Source: Deltaproteobacteria bacterium
GTDB lineage: Bacteria > Myxococcota_A > Polyangia > Fen-1088
Length of the DNA stretch: 64,000 bases
Assembly: GCA_033763315.1 (NCBI GenBank)
Contig: JANRKS010000035.1
Span: forward strand, 128,001 to 192,000
Direction of reading: 5' to 3'
Shown one piece after another: positions 9,603 through 20,256 of this stretch. The first letter of the stretch is position 1; each line of letters begins with the position of its first letter. Position numbers and translations under genes: made by a program. Under the pieces are notes generated by a model, which did not search any database, was not told where the DNA came from, and worked only from the letters and a program-made list of their open reading frames with translations.

Positions 9603-9837
9603 GCGGACGAACGTTGTGCTGAACGACGCGTTAGTTGAGGAAGCAATGAAGCTTTCTACGGTAACTACGAAGTCGGCACTCATAGAACAGTGCATGCGCT
9701 TCTTCGTGGAGAGTCGCCAAGGTGAGCGGCGCCGGGCCAGCTACGAACGTCGCGTACTGGAATTGCAGCAGAAGCTCGCATCCGTCGCTCCGCGCGAAAG
9801 TGCGCACGACATCGTTCGTAGGGATCGCGACCGGTAA
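9601..9837 (+). CDS. vapB: Type II antitoxin, VapB family
   Basis: MRTNVVLNDALVEEAM...TKSALIE ribbon-helix-helix-type N-terminus; directly upstream of a PIN toxin. Confidence 0.85.
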   Translation: MRTNVVLNDALVEEAMKLSTVTTKSALIEQCMRFFVESRQGERRRASYERRVLELQQKLASVAPRESAHDIVRRDRDR

Positions 9838-9839
9838 CG

Positions 9840-10256
9840 ATGGCTACGTATGTTCTCGATACAAGCGTGGCTATAGCCTGGTACCTGCCAGAGGCATTCT
9901 CTTCTGAGGCCAGGCAATGGCAGCGCCGCTTGTTGAACGACGAAGCCAATGTCTGCGTGCCCTCACTTCACTACTGGGAGTTCGGCAACGTCCTTCGCAC
10001 GTACGTCCGTCGCGGTGAACTCCAACAAGCGCTGGCGCAAGAGATCTACCAAGTGCACTTGGAGGCACCTCTTGTGACAATGGAGCCCGATCGCCACAAA
10101 ACACTGGAGTGCGCGTTCGAGTATGACGCCACCATGTACGACGCCGTGTACATCGCGCTTAGTCGGTCGCTCGATGCGGCGCTAATCACCGCCGAGAAGA
10201 CCACGAGGCCATGGGTGGTCAAGTTGGGCGACAACGTTCGTCTCGTTTCCAAGTAG
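9840..10256 (+). CDS. vapC: Type II toxin, VapC/PIN-domain ribonuclease
   Basis: YVLDTSV, EFGNVL, YDAVYIAL, LITAE PIN motifs. Confidence 0.9.
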   Translation: MATYVLDTSVAIAWYLPEAFSSEARQWQRRLLNDEANVCVPSLHYWEFGNVLRTYVRRGELQQALAQEIYQVHLEAPLVTMEPDRHKTLECAFEYDATMYDAVYIALSRSLDAALITAEKTTRPWVVKLGDNVRLVSK

Positions 10257-10276
10257 GCAGAGTCCTCGTTCGCTCT

Positions 10277-11311
10277 CTACACCGGCCGCCGCCGAACGAA
10301 TAGGAAGGTTGCAAGCAACAGGATTGCGCACGACGGGCGTGAGCTGTTGCCATGGCCACCGTAGGAACAGCCGCGATCCGACGCTGCAAAATCCTCGCAG
10401 ATATCCGAGGGGATCTCGAAGGAACTCGACTCCGTGGACAATGCACCCGTACGATCGATGGCTCGGATCGTATAGGTCCCTGTCGCTCGTGCCGTAAAGT
10501 CTGACGGCGATACGTTGAGTGCAAAAGGACTGCGGCCGCACACGTTCAGGGCAATAGAGTCGCCTAACTTCTGCGCGATAACCTTGTTGTCTTTGGACAA
10601 TACATGCGCCACGGGTTTGCCTGTATCGGGGTCGATCGAAGAAGGCCATGAGACGCTTGCAATACGCGCAGCGTATGGTCCACAACACGAATCGTTGTCG
10701 CATTTGTCGTCCGCGAACTTAACCGTTGGCTTGCCTGGCTTCGTGGGTGGACGTTCGTCGGCAACGGCTGACGTGGTGAACGTACCGATAACCACGGGAT
10801 CGCCCCACCGGCAGGGATCGATTGACCCATTCCCGCAGGGAACCGAAGCAATGAGGTCTGTGATTTCATAGGCTGTGTTTGGCGCGAGGGAGGCGGGAAT
10901 CAGCGTGTATATAAAGAAGGTAGGGCGTTGATCGGCATAGTATTCGTAACGCACGGGCACGTTCACCCCTTCGGAGGTCCGCAGCGCCAAGTTCGTTGGC
11001 ATCACCGGTGCGAAATTCGCATCAAAAGGCCCCCCGCCGTCGGGCCCCTGATTTCTCATGTGCACGGAGCCCGTTCCCCCCTGGTAATAGACTTCGATGT
11101 CTAGAGTTGATCCCGCGAACCGACCGGTGATCCAGTACTGCAAGGCCGAGCACGCGAGCACATCTCGCGGAACCAACGCGCCGCACGCGAAAGCCGCAGC
11201 GAGAACAATCGTGTGGACGCGGCGACGGATCCAGGGCGGCCACGTCGCGGCTAACGTGCCGGAAAAGCCGAATCCCCCTCCCCATTGGCGCCGCGTTGAC
11301 ACTTTCGACAT
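10277..11311 (-). CDS. Secreted Cys-rich protein with MYXO-CTERM-like sorting tail; start uncertain
   Basis: Signal-like segment ending VLACS; C-terminus GCSYGG...AILLLATFLFVRRRPV (Cys, TM, Arg cluster). Confidence 0.6.
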   Translation of the reverse strand: MSKVSTRRQWGGGFGFSGTLAATWPPWIRRRVHTIVLAAAFACGALVPRDVLACSALQYWITGRFAGSTLDIEVYYQGGTGSVHMRNQGPDGGGPFDANFAPVMPTNLALRTSEGVNVPVRYEYYADQRPTFFIYTLIPASLAPNTAYEITDLIASVPCGNGSIDPCRWGDPVVIGTFTTSAVADERPPTKPGKPTVKFADDKCDNDSCCGPYAARIASVSWPSSIDPDTGKPVAHVLSKDNKVIAQKLGDSIALNVCGRSPFALNVSPSDFTARATGTYTIRAIDRTGALSTESSSFEIPSDICEDFAASDRGCSYGGHGNSSRPSCAILLLATFLFVRRRPV

Positions 11312-11348
11312 CTGCGGCTTCTTTTCTGCAACCATCATACCGTCATTG

Positions 11349-12902
11349 TTACGTCGGCCCTGCGCTATGCGCGGCCAGCAACGAAACAACAAACGTGGCC
11401 CCGCCTATCTCCGCCGATGGGGCTTGCAACTCCAGCGTGCCGCCGAACGTCTCGACGATTGATCGGCTGATCGAGAGGCCCAGGCCCGTGCCCTTGCCGG
11501 GTTCTTTGGTCGTGAAGAAAGGATCGAAGATTCTCCGGCGCAACTCTGGTGGAACCCCCGGACCGGTGTCACTCACTCGCAGTTCCACGCGCTCGGGTAG
11601 CGCCGCCGACGCACTGATCGTGATTGTGCCTTCATTTGGCATCGCGTCCGCGGCGTTCAACAGCAGGTTCACCAACACTTGTTTCAGCCGCTCGGGTGCA
11701 GCCACAACATGAGGCCACCTCTCGGGATCGTCCACGCCCTCGATCACGACCGTGGCTCCGCGAAGCCGGCTGCCCATAGGCGCCACCAAATCGCGTGCCG
11801 CCTTCACAACCACCAACAAATCCGTCGGGCGCGCCTCATCACGGCTGGGTCGCGAATATTCGAGCAGGTCCGAAATCGTGCGATGGATCCGCTGCGTTTC
11901 GCTTTTGATGCGTTCACTGATGTTCAGCCGCTCTGCTTCCGACAGCACTTGCGCCGCGGGCTCTGCGGCGTCATCTCGAAGAATGTCGGCGTAACCCAAG
12001 ATAGCAGCCAGGGGATTGCCGATCTCGTGCGCCACGCCCGCCGCCAGTTGCCCTACGGAAGCCAGCTTTTCTGTGCGAATCAATTGTTCGCGCTGGCTGG
12101 CCAACGATGCCGTCATACGATTGAAGGATGCGGCTAAACTTTCGATCTCGCGCGGGCCCTCAATGGTGATGGCCGTGATCGTTTGGTTGCCAACGCCCGC
12201 GGTCGCCTGCTCCACCGCACGCAGCGGCCGCACCACCAGCGAAGTGATCAACAAGTACCCCAGTGCCACCAACAGCACGGCGTTGCCCAAAGCCAGGCCC
12301 ACCAAGATCGTGCCGGACTTCGCCAGAAAACCAATCATGGGTGGCGGCGCAAGCAACACCACACGCACGATGCCAATCACCCGCTTGCCACTTGTCACCG
12401 GGGCGTATGCCAACAGCTCCGTTTGGCCCGCACCACTTTTTCGATAATGCAAAATCGAAGGCACGCCTGAAAGTGTGGCGAGGGCCGCGGGTGGATCGAT
12501 GTCTGCGGGATCGCGCAAAGGACGCGACGCCACCACCCGCTTGTTCGCGTCCATCACCGACACTTCCACCAGGCCGCTGCCTTCAAGCAATTGGCTCAAG
12601 ATCGGTTGCAGGCGCTCAACAACGGCAAAATCACGCGAAAGCGTCTGCGCGGGTAGCGCCGATGAAATGGCTGAAGCCGCGGCGCTGGCGATCGCGTTGA
12701 CCGTCGATTCCCTTTGCTCACGCAAACCATCGGCCGCGGCCCACAAGGAAAGCGCGCCCGTTGAGATAACCGCAAACAACGCCACCACCGCCAAGCCCAA
12801 AAGCACCTGGATGCGCAGCCCCAACGACCGGCGCCGCGGAGGCAATGAAATTGCCGTTTGCGTGCGTTCGGCGGCCGACGCCTCCAGCGGGGCCGCCGTC
12901 AT
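11349..12902 (-). CDS. Membrane sensor histidine kinase (HAMP-HisKA-HATPase)
   Basis: Two TMs, HAMP, H-box AHEIGNPL, N-box NLLLNAADA, DTGPG, FDPFFTTK, GTGLGL. Confidence 0.93.
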   Translation of the reverse strand: MTAAPLEASAAERTQTAISLPPRRRSLGLRIQVLLGLAVVALFAVISTGALSLWAAADGLREQRESTVNAIASAAASAISSALPAQTLSRDFAVVERLQPILSQLLEGSGLVEVSVMDANKRVVASRPLRDPADIDPPAALATLSGVPSILHYRKSGAGQTELLAYAPVTSGKRVIGIVRVVLLAPPPMIGFLAKSGTILVGLALGNAVLLVALGYLLITSLVVRPLRAVEQATAGVGNQTITAITIEGPREIESLAASFNRMTASLASQREQLIRTEKLASVGQLAAGVAHEIGNPLAAILGYADILRDDAAEPAAQVLSEAERLNISERIKSETQRIHRTISDLLEYSRPSRDEARPTDLLVVVKAARDLVAPMGSRLRGATVVIEGVDDPERWPHVVAAPERLKQVLVNLLLNAADAMPNEGTITISASAALPERVELRVSDTGPGVPPELRRRIFDPFFTTKEPGKGTGLGLSISRSIVETFGGTLELQAPSAEIGGATFVVSLLAAHSAGPT

Positions 12903-12911
12903 GCGGGCGAC

Positions 12912-13403
12912 CTAACGCCCCGTGCGCGCGCGTTCGGCGGGGCAAGCGCCCCCTTCCATACCGCGCGCTTTTTCACACAAACCAAACAGCTCATGACGGT
13001 GGTTGACGATGACGAAGCCTTGGCGTTTGGCGATCTTCTCTTGCAAGGCCTCAATTTCGTCGTTCTCGAATTCAACGATGTAACCACATTCTTTGCAAAT
13101 GATGTGATCGTGGTGCTCGCCATCCACAGCCAGCTCGTAAAGCGTTTGCCCCGACCCAAACTGGCGTGAAGCCGCGATCCCAGCCTCTTCGAGCAGCTTT
13201 ACAGTGCGGTAGACCGTGGCGAGGCCCACGCCAGGGTTCTTTTCCCGCGCACGGGACAATAAGTCCTCGAGGCCCACGTGGCCTTGCGATTCAAGGAACG
13301 CGTCGACGATGGCTTCGCGCTGCAGGGTTGTTTTAAGGCCCTTGCGGCGAAGGTAGGTCCGCCAAGGCTCCTTCAACGTGTCTTCAGTCTGTTTTCCACC
13401 CAC
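12912..13403 (-). CDS. fur: Fur-family transcriptional regulator
   Basis: GLKTTLQR, VGLATVYRT, HHDHIICKECG, HELFGLC; GTG start at 13403 preferred over the longer ORF. Confidence 0.9.
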   Translation of the reverse strand: MGGKQTEDTLKEPWRTYLRRKGLKTTLQREAIVDAFLESQGHVGLEDLLSRAREKNPGVGLATVYRTVKLLEEAGIAASRQFGSGQTLYELAVDGEHHDHIICKECGYIVEFENDEIEALQEKIAKRQGFVIVNHRHELFGLCEKARGMEGGACPAERARTGR

Positions 13404-13611
13404 GAGAGCCTCACGGCCAAGGATTTTGCACCCACACGACGCCCACCCGCCACCCCGCCAAGAAGCAGGGCGCGAAGGCAGACCACAATCATTACCAGGG
13501 GATTGCAGGCAAGCAAGCGCCCGCAACCGGGGGGGGCAAACGACGCAAAGCAAAATCTTGCTTCCGCAGCCCCGGGGACGGTTTTTGATGATATAGAAGC
13601 CGCCAGTTCAC

Positions 13612-14349
13612 ATGGGCCTACTGGACATATTCAAGTCCAAGGATGAGCGCGCGGAAAGATCGCGGGAAAAAACGATCTCTCGCGCGCTAAATAAATATGC
13701 TCAGTCCCCTGACCGCTTAAGGGCACTCGAGAACCTCCTTGCAGACGGATCGGAAGAAGCCTTATTCGGCATGATGCGCCGTTTTGGCTTCGCCTACGAT
13801 AAATCCATTGAAGACGAGCACGAAAAGGAGTGGGTCTGCGACGCCTTGGTCAGCAAAGGCGCCGCCGCCCTGCCCGCCGTGCGCCGTTACCTGAAAAGCG
13901 CCGACTCTGTGTCGTGGCCGCTGCGGGTGCTGGGGCAGGTGGCTTCTTCTAAGGATGAAGAGCTGCAAGTCCTCAAAGAGGTGCTGGAGCGCCACGAGCC
14001 TGGCTATGAACGCGACCCCACCAAAAAAATTCAGGTTCTTTCGCACCTCGGCCACATGAAGCATGAAGCCATCTCGGCTTTGGTGGTGCCATATCTGCAA
14101 GACATGGACGAAGGTGTTCGCTACACGGCCGCCGAAACGCTGCTGGCCCACAAGAATGCCGAGGTCAGCGCGCAACCTTTGTTGGCCGCGTTCGCGTCCG
14201 ACACCGAAGAAAGCCTGCGCTTGCGCCAACGCATCGCCGATGGCTTTGCCGATTTGAAATGGCCTGTCGGCGAGATGCGCGCGGCCGTTGAAAAGAAGCT
14301 GCCCGACGCCTACAAGCTGGACAAAGCTGGCCTCTTTCAGAAGAAGTAA
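13612..14349 (+). CDS. HEAT-repeat protein
   Basis: Helical repeats such as YLQDMDEGVRYTAAETL. Confidence 0.7.
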   Translation: MGLLDIFKSKDERAERSREKTISRALNKYAQSPDRLRALENLLADGSEEALFGMMRRFGFAYDKSIEDEHEKEWVCDALVSKGAAALPAVRRYLKSADSVSWPLRVLGQVASSKDEELQVLKEVLERHEPGYERDPTKKIQVLSHLGHMKHEAISALVVPYLQDMDEGVRYTAAETLLAHKNAEVSAQPLLAAFASDTEESLRLRQRIADGFADLKWPVGEMRAAVEKKLPDAYKLDKAGLFQKK

Positions 14350-14383
14350 CTCGATTTAAGTTTGATCTCCCCGGAACCATTCG

Positions 14384-17300
14384 ATGCCAAAGCGAACTGA
14401 CATCAAGACCGTCCTCCTCATCGGCTCGGGCCCCATCGTGATCGGGCAGGCCTGCGAATTTGACTATTCAGGAACGCAGGGAGCGAAAGCCCTGCGCGAA
14501 GAAGGTTACCGCGTGGTGCTGGTGAACTCGAACCCAGCGACGATCATGACCGATCCGGAGTTGGCCGATCGCACGTACGTCGAGCCACTGACGGTTGAGA
14601 TCGTCACGAAGATCATTGAGCGCGAACGCCCCGATGCCTTGCTGCCGACGCTCGGCGGCCAAACCGCTTTGAACCTGGCGGTGGCGCTGAGCAAGGCCGG
14701 CGTGCTTGAAAAGTACGGCGTGAAGCTTATCGGCGCGCAACTGGATGCAATCGAGAAGGCCGAAGACCGCGAGCTGTTCAAGCAAGCCATGTTCAAGATC
14801 GGTTTGCACGTGCCACGCTCGGGCTACGCGCGTTCATTGGAGGAGGCGCGCAAGATTCAAAGGCAGCTTGCCGAAGAAACGGGCGAAGGCTTCCCTGTGA
14901 TTTTGCGGCCTTCGTTCACACTGGGCGGCTCCGGCGCTGCCATCGCGTGGAACGCTGAAGAGTTTGATTCCAAGATGTTGTGGGGCTTGCAAGAAAGCCC
15001 ACGCGGCGAAGTGCTGGTTGAGCAATCAGTGCTGGGCTGGAAAGAATACGAGCTTGAGATCATGCGTGACCGCAACGACAACGCGGTCATCATCTGCAGC
15101 ATCGAGAACCTGGATCCGATGGGCGTTCACACGGGCGATTCGATCACCATCGCGCCCGCGATGACGTTGACCGACAAGGAATACCAGGCGCTGCGCGACG
15201 CTTCGATCGCCGTCATTCGCGAGATCGGCGTCGAAACCGGTGGTTCTAACATTCAGTTCGCGGTGAACCCGCGCACGGGTGACGTGATCGTCATCGAGAT
15301 GAACCCACGCGTGTCGCGCAGTTCAGCGTTGGCCTCGAAAGCCACGGGTTACCCCATTGCCAAGATCGCCGCGAAACTCGCGGTTGGTTACACGCTGGAC
15401 GAGATCACGAACGACATCACGCGCGAAACACCCGCGTGTTTTGAGCCCACGATCGATTACGTGGTCACCAAGGTGCCGCGGTTTGCCTTCGAGAAGTTCC
15501 CGGGCGCTGACACGACGCTTGGCCCCCAGATGAAGTCAGTGGGCGAAGTGATGGCCATGGGCCGCACGTTCAAAGAATCACTCGGCAAAGCTTTGCGCTC
15601 GCTTGAGATTGGCCGATGGGGCTTTGACTACAGCAAAGACAACGAACCGATGCCGTCGCTTGAAGAGCTCAAGCGCAGCATCTCCACGCCTGGGCCCGAT
15701 CGCCTGTGGTTGCTCGCCGAGGCGCTTCGGTTGGGGTTGTCGGTGGACGAAGCCCATCAATTAACGGCCATTGATCCCTGGTTCCTCACGGAGATGACGG
15801 AGATCGTGGCTGCCGAAGAATCGGTGCGCGGCAAAGGCGCCAAGTTCCTCGACGACCGCGCGGCTTTGCAAAGCGCGAAAGAGGTTGGGTTGGCCGATCG
15901 CCGCCTGGCGAAGCTGACCAACACCAGCGAAGAAGACGTGCGGCAGGCGCGTCACCGCCACAATGTGTTGCCTGTGTTCAAGCGCGTTGATACCTGCGCG
16001 GCGGAATTCGAAGCCCACACGCCTTACCTTTATTCAAGTTACGAAACGGGCGCCGTGCAGGCTGACATCGGCACGCTGCCCGAGAACGAATCACTGCCCA
16101 CCAAGAAGCGCAAAGTGGCGATCTTGGGCGGTGGCCCCAACCGCATTGGCCAAGGCATCGAATTCGATTACTGCTGCGTGCACGCGGTGCAAGCGCTGCG
16201 GGCCGAAGGCTGCGAAACGATCATGATCAACTGCAACCCTGAGACCGTGTCGACCGATTACGACACGTCGGATCGGTTGTACTTCGAGCCGCTCACGCGT
16301 GAAGACGTGTTGGAGATCTTGCGCGTGGAACAGCCCGAAGGCGTCATCGTGCAGTTCGGTGGCCAAACGCCGTTGCGCCTGGCGGTGCCGCTGCAGCAAG
16401 CGGGCGTGAAGCTTTTGGGCACGAGCGCAGACGCCATCGACCGCGCCGAAGATCGTCAGCGGTTTGGCGAGTTGGTCACCAAGCTTGGCCTCAAAGCCCC
16501 GCAGTGGGGCACAGCGCACGGCTTGGCCGAGGCGCGCGTGATTGCCGAACGCATCGGGTATCCCGTGATGGTGCGCCCTTCGTACGTTTTGGGTGGCCGC
16601 GCGATGGAAGTGGTGCACGACAGCGGCGGGCTTGAACACTTCGTCGGCCGCGCCATGGAAGCCTCGCGCCGCGAGTCGCTGGCCAGCGGCAGCGGTGGCG
16701 ATCAAAACGCGCCGATCTTGGTGGATCAGTTCTTGGATGACGCCATCGAGCTTGACGTTGATGTGGTGTCCGACGGCCACCAAGCCATCATCGGCGGCGT
16801 GATGGAGCACATCGAAGAGGCCGGCATTCACTCGGGCGATTCGGCCTGTGCGTTGCCTCCTTATTCGTTGCCCGCCGACGTCATCGAGATCGTAAAAACT
16901 CAAGCGCGTGCCTTGGCGATGGAGCTGGGCGTACGTGGCCTCATGAACGTGCAGTTCGCGGTGCCACGTGACACCAAAGACGTTTACATCCTTGAAGTGA
17001 ACCCACGCGCCTCTCGCACGGTGCCGTTTGTGTCGAAAGTCACGGGTGTGCCCTTGGCGAAGATCGCGGCGAAGATCGCGATCGGGATGACGCTTGAGCA
17101 AATGGGCGTCAAAGAGGTCACGCCTAAGCACGTGGCGGTCAAAGAGGCTGTGTTCCCGTTCGTGAAGTTCCCAGGTGTGGATACGTTGCTCGGGCCCGAG
17201 ATGCGGTCCACCGGCGAAGTGATGGGCATCGACACCACATTTGAAATGGCGTTTGGCAAAAGCCAAATTGCCGCGAACACGCGCTTGCCCTTCGATCGCA

Positions 17301-17701
17301 AAGGCACCGTGTTTATCTCAGTGCACGATCGCGACAAGCCTTCGGCAGTCAAGGTGGCGCAGCAGCTTTTGGCCATGGAATACTCGATCGTCGCCACGAA
17401 CGGCACTTGGGAGTATCTCAAGCAGAACGGCATCGCCGCCGAACGCGTGAACAAGGTGCGCGAAGGCCGCCCCCACGCCGTTGATAAGATGGTGGACGGC
17501 GCCATTCACATGGTCATCAATACAACCCAAGGCGCTGAAGCGATTCGCGACTCGTTCGAGATCCGCCGCACCGCTTTGGTCAAAGGCCTGCCATACTACA
17601 CCACGATGTCGGCCGCGCGTGCGGCTGTGGGTGCCCTTGCCAAGTTGCGTGACGGGGGAATGACGGTGTGTTCGTTGCAGGAGTACCAGAACAATGGCTG
17701 A
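14384..17701 (+). CDS. carB: Carbamoyl-phosphate synthase large subunit
   Basis: MPKRTDIK...[17 protein letters not shown], duplicated ATP-grasp domains, C-terminal MGS domain. Confidence 0.99.
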   Translation: MPKRTDIKTVLLIGSGPIVIGQACEFDYSGTQGAKALREEGYRVVLVNSNPATIMTDPELADRTYVEPLTVEIVTKIIERERPDALLPTLGGQTALNLAVALSKAGVLEKYGVKLIGAQLDAIEKAEDRELFKQAMFKIGLHVPRSGYARSLEEARKIQRQLAEETGEGFPVILRPSFTLGGSGAAIAWNAEEFDSKMLWGLQESPRGEVLVEQSVLGWKEYELEIMRDRNDNAVIICSIENLDPMGVHTGDSITIAPAMTLTDKEYQALRDASIAVIREIGVETGGSNIQFAVNPRTGDVIVIEMNPRVSRSSALASKATGYPIAKIAAKLAVGYTLDEITNDITRETPACFEPTIDYVVTKVPRFAFEKFPGADTTLGPQMKSVGEVMAMGRTFKESLGKALRSLEIGRWGFDYSKDNEPMPSLEELKRSISTPGPDRLWLLAEALRLGLSVDEAHQLTAIDPWFLTEMTEIVAAEESVRGKGAKFLDDRAALQSAKEVGLADRRLAKLTNTSEEDVRQARHRHNVLPVFKRVDTCAAEFEAHTPYLYSSYETGAVQADIGTLPENESLPTKKRKVAILGGGPNRIGQGIEFDYCCVHAVQALRAEGCETIMINCNPETVSTDYDTSDRLYFEPLTREDVLEILRVEQPEGVIVQFGGQTPLRLAVPLQQAGVKLLGTSADAIDRAEDRQRFGELVTKLGLKAPQWGTAHGLAEARVIAERIGYPVMVRPSYVLGGRAMEVVHDSGGLEHFVGRAMEASRRESLASGSGGDQNAPILVDQFLDDAIELDVDVVSDGHQAIIGGVMEHIEEAGIHSGDSACALPPYSLPADVIEIVKTQARALAMELGVRGLMNVQFAVPRDTKDVYILEVNPRASRTVPFVSKVTGVPLAKIAAKIAIGMTLEQMGVKEVTPKHVAVKEAVFPFVKFPGVDTLLGPEMRSTGEVMGIDTTFEMAFGKSQIAANTRLPFDRKGTVFISVHDRDKPSAVKVAQQLLAMEYSIVATNGTWEYLKQNGIAAERVNKVREGRPHAVDKMVDGAIHMVINTTQGAEAIRDSFEIRRTALVKGLPYYTTMSAARAAVGALAKLRDGGMTVCSLQEYQNNG

Positions 17702-18179
17702 ACGCTATCCGATGACCCCCAAGGGGTTGCAAGCGTTGCGCGAAGAGCTCAAGCATCTCAAAGAATTCGAGCGCCCCAAGAACGTGCTCGACATCGAAGA
17801 GGCGCGCGCCCACGGCGACTTGCGTGAAAACGCCGAGTACCACGCCGCCAAGGAAAAGCAGGGCTTCATTGAGACGCGCCTGCGCGAGCTCGAAGGCATG
17901 ATCGCCATGTCGGAGGTTATCGATCCAGGCAAGCTTTCCGGCACCAAGGTGGTGTTTGGGGCCACGGTGAAGCTGACCGATCCAAACACCGAAGAGGTGG
18001 TGACCTACACCATCGTCGGCGACTGCGAATCCGACATCAAGCTGGGCAAGATCGCCATTTCGGCCCCCTTGGCCCGCGCCATGATCGGCAAAGAAGAAGG
18101 CGACACGGTGGTGCTGCGCAACGCGAAGGGCGGGCGCGAGTACGAAGTGACCGAGGTCAAGTTCATCCCGCAAGACTAA
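17694..18179 (+). CDS. greA: Transcription elongation factor GreA
   Basis: [29 protein letters not shown]; overlaps carB end. Confidence 0.97.
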   Translation: MAERYPMTPKGLQALREELKHLKEFERPKNVLDIEEARAHGDLRENAEYHAAKEKQGFIETRLRELEGMIAMSEVIDPGKLSGTKVVFGATVKLTDPNTEEVVTYTIVGDCESDIKLGKIAISAPLARAMIGKEEGDTVVLRNAKGGREYEVTEVKFIPQD

Positions 18180-18196
18180 GCGTCGAGGCGCCGAGG

Positions 18197-19483
18197 TTGC
18201 CTGACCGCGAGCCGGATTTACAATCCGGAATCACGACGGGCGCCGAAGATGTTGTAGAAAAGCCAACGGGACGTCGCTTGCAGAACCTCAGCCGAAAGAT
18301 CGCTTGGACCAGCGCCATCACGCATGGCTTGGTGCATGCGGCTGTTCTGCTGCTGCCGCCACTGCTCACCGACCTTCGCGCCGAGTTTGGCGTTTCGCTG
18401 CTTGCGATTGTGGGGGTGGCGAATTTGATGCAACTGGCGTTCGGTTTGGCCGCGGTGCCCGCCGGACGCCTGGCCGATCGGTACGGCTCGCGCAGCATGC
18501 TGCTGCTGGCCGCCATTGGATGCACGCTATCGCTGGTGGGGGTCGCGTTGGCGCCCTCGTTCTGGGTGCTCTCGGTGGCGTTGGTCGCGCTCGGGATTTC
18601 CGCAGGCATTTATCACCCCAGCGGACTGTCGCTGTTGTCGCGGGGTGTATCGTCACATGAGCAGGGCCGCGTGATCGGCATCCATGGCGTGGGCGGAAAT
18701 CTAGGCGCGGCGCTGGCCCCTGCGTGGTCGGCTTTGTTCGCGACGCAGTTCGGTTGGCGTTATGGCTTCGCCGCAGCCGCCGTGCTTTCGTTTGGTTGCG
18801 TGGCGTTGACGCTCACGTTGCCGAACGTGAAGGCCGCCCCAGCAGAAGCGCTCGCGCATGCACACGGCCCCACATCCTTGCGCGAGCTGATGGCATCTCT
18901 TCGGCTGTTGTGGCGCTCACGGCAGCTACGTTGGTTGCTGGTTTCCACAACCGCTGGAGGCTTCGTTTACCAAGGCGTCGTCACCTTTTTGCCACTGCAC
19001 CTGGCAGACAGCGCCGGCGGCGTGCTCAATGCATCGTTCTTGATGTCGCTCGTGCTCATCGCCGGGATCGTGGCGCAACGTTTTGGCGGCGAGCTGGCCG
19101 ATCGCTTGCCGCGCGAGCGTTTGTTCTTGGCTGAAATGGCGCTGTTCGCCCCCGTGATGTTGTTGCTGGGCCTCAGCTCGGGCGTGGGGTTGATCGCGCT
19201 GGCCCTTTCGGCAGGCTTTCTTTGGTACATGTCCCAGCCGCTTTCGATCGCCATGGCGGCCGCTTACGCAAACACACGCGATCACGGCTTGGTGTTTGGC
19301 CTGCAGTTCGCCGCAACGTTCGGCATCGGCTCGTTCGCGTCGACCGTGGGCGGGTTACTCGTCGCGCGCGGGGGTACGTCGCTGGCGTTTTTGGGCTTCG
19401 GTGTCGTAGCCCTGCTGCAGCTTTTCGCGGCTTTGGCGTTAGCCCAAGGGGCCAAGCGGTCGGCCGCTGTGCCCAGCCACTAA
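18197..19483 (+). CDS. MFS transporter
   Basis: GRLADRYGSR motif A, IYHPSG, about 12 TMs. Confidence 0.85.
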   Translation: MPDREPDLQSGITTGAEDVVEKPTGRRLQNLSRKIAWTSAITHGLVHAAVLLLPPLLTDLRAEFGVSLLAIVGVANLMQLAFGLAAVPAGRLADRYGSRSMLLLAAIGCTLSLVGVALAPSFWVLSVALVALGISAGIYHPSGLSLLSRGVSSHEQGRVIGIHGVGGNLGAALAPAWSALFATQFGWRYGFAAAAVLSFGCVALTLTLPNVKAAPAEALAHAHGPTSLRELMASLRLLWRSRQLRWLLVSTTAGGFVYQGVVTFLPLHLADSAGGVLNASFLMSLVLIAGIVAQRFGGELADRLPRERLFLAEMALFAPVMLLLGLSSGVGLIALALSAGFLWYMSQPLSIAMAAAYANTRDHGLVFGLQFAATFGIGSFASTVGGLLVARGGTSLAFLGFGVVALLQLFAALALAQGAKRSAAVPSH

Positions 19484-19493
19484 GATCGCGCCC

Positions 19494-19922
19494 TCACTTC
19501 GACGATCGAAGGAAAGGGTCCACGACCTCCACGCCACAATCCGCGAAGTCTGCCGTGTTGCGCGTGGCAACGGTCGCGCCACGTGATCGCGCGATGGCTG
19601 CGATCTGAGCGTCAGCGTGGCTGATGGGTCGGCCGATCGTCCGTCGGTGAGCGACGATGGCTGCAAAGTCTCGGGCCGCGGAAGCCTCGAACGACAGAAC
19701 CCGGTCCGCCATGTCTTCATCAAAAAGCGCTGACACAGCTTCCGTAAGCGCGGCTCTTCGCTTTCCCGAAGGCATCAACGCCACTCCAAGCAACATCTCG
19801 GCCTGAGTGATGGCGCTCGTGAACAAGGAAGAGATTGGCTTTGCGGCAATCCATTCCGCCACGGCTGGATCGGGACGTGCGCGCACCAATTCCGACAACA
19901 CGTTCGTATCGAGCAGGATCAC
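19494..19922 (-). CDS. vapC: Type II toxin, VapC/FitB-like PIN domain
   Basis: ILLDTNVLSE, DAQIAAIA, ATRNTADF. Confidence 0.92.
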   Translation of the reverse strand: MILLDTNVLSELVRARPDPAVAEWIAAKPISSLFTSAITQAEMLLGVALMPSGKRRAALTEAVSALFDEDMADRVLSFEASAARDFAAIVAHRRTIGRPISHADAQIAAIARSRGATVATRNTADFADCGVEVVDPFLRSSK

Positions 19923-20167
19923 CGATCAAACCCAGGCGGCTCACGCACCGGATCGCGTGGTGGAATGGAAAGTTCCACTGGCCCCACCTTCGCAAACCGC
20001 CGACGCACCAGTTGTAACAGATTGGAGGCCGCCTTTGGCTCGCGTGCCAAGGCCGCGCGGAGTACGTCGCGCGCCTCCTCTTCCATCGAACGGCCGTTCT
20101 GGGCCGCCCGAATGCGGAGCCTCGACTTGAGCGACTCATCCAAGTTTCGGATGGTGATGCTGGCCAT
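19919..20167 (-). CDS. FitA/StbC-like ribbon-helix-helix antitoxin
   Basis: MASITIRNLD...LRIRAAQNGRSMEEEAR; 4-nt overlap with the PIN toxin. Confidence 0.9.
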   Translation of the reverse strand: MASITIRNLDESLKSRLRIRAAQNGRSMEEEARDVLRAALAREPKAASNLLQLVRRRFAKVGPVELSIPPRDPVREPPGFDR

Positions 20168-20201
20168 GCAATCAATGATGGCACATTAAGCAATGATTGC
20201 A
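20167..20201. promoter_or_regulatory. Putative FitA-type operator
   Basis: TGCAATCA (20167-20174) and TGATTGCA (20194-20201) inverted repeat, plus TGATGGCA at 20176-20183. Confidence 0.6.
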
Positions 20202-20256
20202 AACGAGTGGGGGATGCCCCAACCCCTTGCGCATCCGAGCTTCGGAGCGGGGCGCG

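Noticed and set aside
13486-13505. Fur box upstream of fur (CAATC-N10-GATTG, AATCATTACC)
   Set aside because: Only a half-site resemblance; too weak without a motif model
16091-17266. 391-aa minus-strand ORF, and similar long antisense ORFs (41568..42602, 42830..43708, 56106..57215)
   Set aside because: Shadows of well-supported genes, expected in high-GC DNA
14384-18179. carB without adjacent carA, coupled to greA
   Set aside because: carB-greA linkage and separated carA are common arrangements
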